A stretch of DNA of 54,644 nt from Longimicrobiales bacterium (lineage in GTDB: Bacteria; Gemmatimonadota; Gemmatimonadetes; Longimicrobiales; Gaopeijiaceae), in NCBI GenBank assembly GCA_041690395.1, contig JAWLHJ010000002.1, positions 721,199 through 775,842 on the forward strand, read 5' to 3'. Shown here in pieces: positions 52,670-54,644 of the stretch (positions within the stretch are counted from its first letter, which is position 1; each line of letters starts with the position of its first letter). A program made the translations under genes and the position numbers. Under the pieces are notes generated by a model. It ran no database searches. It saw only the letters and a program-made list of their open reading frames with translations, and was not told the origin of the DNA.

Positions 52670-53191
52670 ATGGGACGAACGGGAGCTTCCGCATCGCCTA
52701 CAGCTTCCCTATGCCTTTTCCTCATCGGACTCGCAGCCTGTGCCCCGGATGCTCAGCAGCACCTGGTAGAGCAGTTAGCTGAACCCGTCTCGGCCAACCC
52801 TGGATGTTACGAGGTATCTGGCACCACTGGCTTCCCCGAAGGAATTTTCGATCTGTATCTCCCCGAGGCCTTTCGGTTGCGGCCGCCCCGGCAGTCGGTC
52901 GCCGACGGGCACATCTTCAGTTATGCCGTCGAGTTCTTGAGCGTACCCGAGCGCTACCGCCCTTTCAATCGCATCGGAGAGGCGAGGAGCATACGCCCTG
53001 ACTCGCTGCTGGTCGTCTGGGACGGGGTAGTCCAGCGATTCCAGATCCGGCAAGATGGAGCGCTCACGGGGATCGTCACTCTCAGGAGACCGGAGATCGA
53101 GGTTCTCGGTGAGGTTGAGGCCCACCTGGTTGATTGTCCTACCGAGGAAGCTCCGACTGCCCCTCAAGTACCGTTCCCTGGAAGTGGCTGA
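52670..53191 (+). CDS. Cassette 11: hypothetical lipoprotein
   Basis: GGAGG RBS; lipobox LAAC. Confidence 0.6.
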   Translation: MGRTGASASPTASLCLFLIGLAACAPDAQQHLVEQLAEPVSANPGCYEVSGTTGFPEGIFDLYLPEAFRLRPPRQSVADGHIFSYAVEFLSVPERYRPFNRIGEARSIRPDSLLVVWDGVVQRFQIRQDGALTGIVTLRRPEIEVLGEVEAHLVDCPTEEAPTAPQVPFPGSG

Positions 53192-53296
53192 GGACGCAGC
53201 GAGCGACAAGTAGCTTTCTCGGGACTCGGAGGCTGAGAGCGCTTCGGCTCAAGGGTGAGGGCCAAGGACTGTAGGGAAGCGACGGCCAACGGCGTA

Positions 53297-53452
53297 TAAC
53301 AAGAATGTTTCCGGCTCCGCTCACTGCGTTCGCTCCGTCCTACATGGCCTCAAGCGTCTCAGGTCCGTATGCTGGGTGCAGTGACTTTGGCTTCGCTTCT
53401 GTTCGCATGTGAGCAGTTCGGCGGTGGCCACGTCGGAAACATCTGAACGTTA
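53297..53452 (+). repeat. attC-like site 12 (type A)
   Basis: Same consensus as the other repeats. Confidence 0.9.
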
Positions 53453-53585
53453 TACGACAAAGCGCAGGTTGTAGGGAGCAGGTCGGTAGGCCCGGACCAA
53501 GGACCTGGGTCGGTTCCGTCGGGCACGGACGTACAGATACGAGAGGCCGCCTGATCCGCTCGATCTCACGAATGGGAACCCCAGC

Positions 53586-54308
53586 TTGGAGAACGCTCAC
53601 GCCGGCCAGGTAGGAAGATCCGAGAGCGCCCGAGCCGGCGTGGCCGCCGCGGCCATCTTCCTGTTCGCAGTAGGGGCCTCCGCTGTGCTGACCTGGTCCA
53701 ACGGAAGCGTGTATAGCTTCCTATTCGGCGGGCTCAACCCCCTCCTGGTGACTGCAGCCGCCGCCCTTTTTGGAGTCGCTGCGCTTCAACGCCTTGCCCT
53801 TCTCGGGTGGTTCCAGGCTGGGGGCGCCAGTACTCGTAGCGTCGCGCTCGCCTCGGTGCTCGGTGCAGCCCTGACCGTTCCGGTCATCGTCATCGATCTC
53901 TTCGGTGGCTTTCCGGCCGAGCTGAATGTTCGGTTTCCGGAGTCCTTACTCTTCTATCCGTCCATCGCCGTGGTTGCGGAGTCGGCCTTTCATCTGGTGC
54001 CCCTGGCCCTGATGGCGATGGTGTGGAGGTGGACTTCCCTGGAGTTCTCGCGCGCTCGGCTCTTTGCGATCGGGATTGCTGCGGTAATCGAGCCGGTTCT
54101 CCAGGTGGCCTGGGGGAGTGAGATGTTACCGAGTTGGGCGAATGCCTACGTCGGCATCCATCTCTTGGTCTTCAATGTGGTCGCGCTCGAGATCTTCCGA
54201 CGCTCTGGGTTCGTTGCGCTCTATGGGTTCAGAGTCGGGTACTATCTCGTTTGGCACATCACCTGGGGCTACTTCCGACTTCCGCTGCTCTTCGAGAGCG
54301 GTACTTAG
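53586..54308 (+). CDS. Cassette 12: polytopic membrane protein, weakly CPBP/Abi-like
   Basis: About 7 TM segments; AESAFH and YYLVWH motifs; start uncertain. Confidence 0.65.
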   Translation: MENAHAGQVGRSESARAGVAAAAIFLFAVGASAVLTWSNGSVYSFLFGGLNPLLVTAAAALFGVAALQRLALLGWFQAGGASTRSVALASVLGAALTVPVIVIDLFGGFPAELNVRFPESLLFYPSIAVVAESAFHLVPLALMAMVWRWTSLEFSRARLFAIGIAAVIEPVLQVAWGSEMLPSWANAYVGIHLLVFNVVALEIFRRSGFVALYGFRVGYYLVWHITWGYFRLPLLFESGT

Positions 54309-54422
54309 GGAGGTGGCGGGCAGATTCCGGATGCGCGTGGATCTTGGACTGGAACCGGCTGGCACTTGTTTTGGGGTCAACCGCCGGTTGGGCCGGGCGT
54401 CGCGGGCCTGCGCTTCGTCGTA

Positions 54423-54572
54423 TAACAAGAATGTTTCCGGGTCCGCTCCCTGCGGTCGCTCCCCCTACATGGCCCGGAACGGGTGTGGCTCGAGAACGAA
54501 GTGCAGCGTATTCTCGATCAGGTCCGCGTGGACCGTCCGGTGGTGGGCCACGTCGGAAACATCTGAACGTTA
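54423..54572 (+). repeat. attC-like site 13 (type B)
   Basis: Same consensus; followed by a truncated cassette 13. Confidence 0.9.
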
Positions 54573-54644
54573 TAGGACATTGGCCCGAACGGTTCGGTTT
54601 GTTGCGTCGGCTCCCTCTTTCGGAGGACTTGCACGGTCGCGGCG

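Larger units (their letters stand above)
41821..54644 (+). mobile_element. Integron-like element: recombinase plus gene-cassette array, continuing beyond the window
   Basis: Recombinase followed by 13 attC-like repeats separating 0-2-gene cassettes that are visibly less GC-rich than the core genes. Confidence 0.9.

Noticed and set aside
45205..53600. Recurrent short ORFs containing NVQMFPTWP, ATSETSER or ITFRCFRRG
   Set aside because: These are translations of the conserved attC-like repeat in various frames, not genes.
43326..54426. Cassette terminal inverted repeats as IS/MITE ends
   Set aside because: No transposase and no target-site duplications; the repeats always abut the TAAC/GTTA cores of the attC-like sites.
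43741..54572. Repeats as a CRISPR array
   Set aside because: Repeats are about 150 bp, the intervening segments are 250-1400 bp and often contain genes, and no cas genes are present.

Overview
High-GC bacterial chromosomal segment; gene content suggests Gemmatimonadota, which is inference only. 1-41.5 kb is mostly core genome: MFS transporters, SDR, M1 aminopeptidase, accA, ricT/PSP1, metG, M23 peptidase, FadJ-like enzyme, MocA/XdhC cluster, DsbA, HAD, threonine dehydratase, gyrA, uvrA, a complete his operon (G-D-C-H-A-B-F-IE) with a His-rich leader peptide and attenuator, truncated globin, PhoD and a cation/H+ antiporter. From 41.8 kb to the window end lies an atypical integron-like system. 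A tyrosine recombinase with an IntI-like C-terminus (RSPLD) lacks the IntI-specific insertion and has an extra N-terminal domain. It is followed at its 3' end, in the same orientation, by a putative attI (43326) and 13 complete cassettes plus the start of a 14th, separated by 13 attC-like repeats of 149-156 bp. The repeats have no single extrahelical base in the L box. Instead they carry a covarying bottom-strand GNA-triloop side hairpin. Every complete cassette is bounded by its own 16-23 bp inverted repeat with an invariant A/C mismatch at position 11. Cargo includes Fic, an MqsR/MqsA-like TA pair, GNAT, GyrI-like, DUF2164, lipoproteins, a duplicated membrane-protein cassette and a family of ~254 bp ORF-less cassettes.
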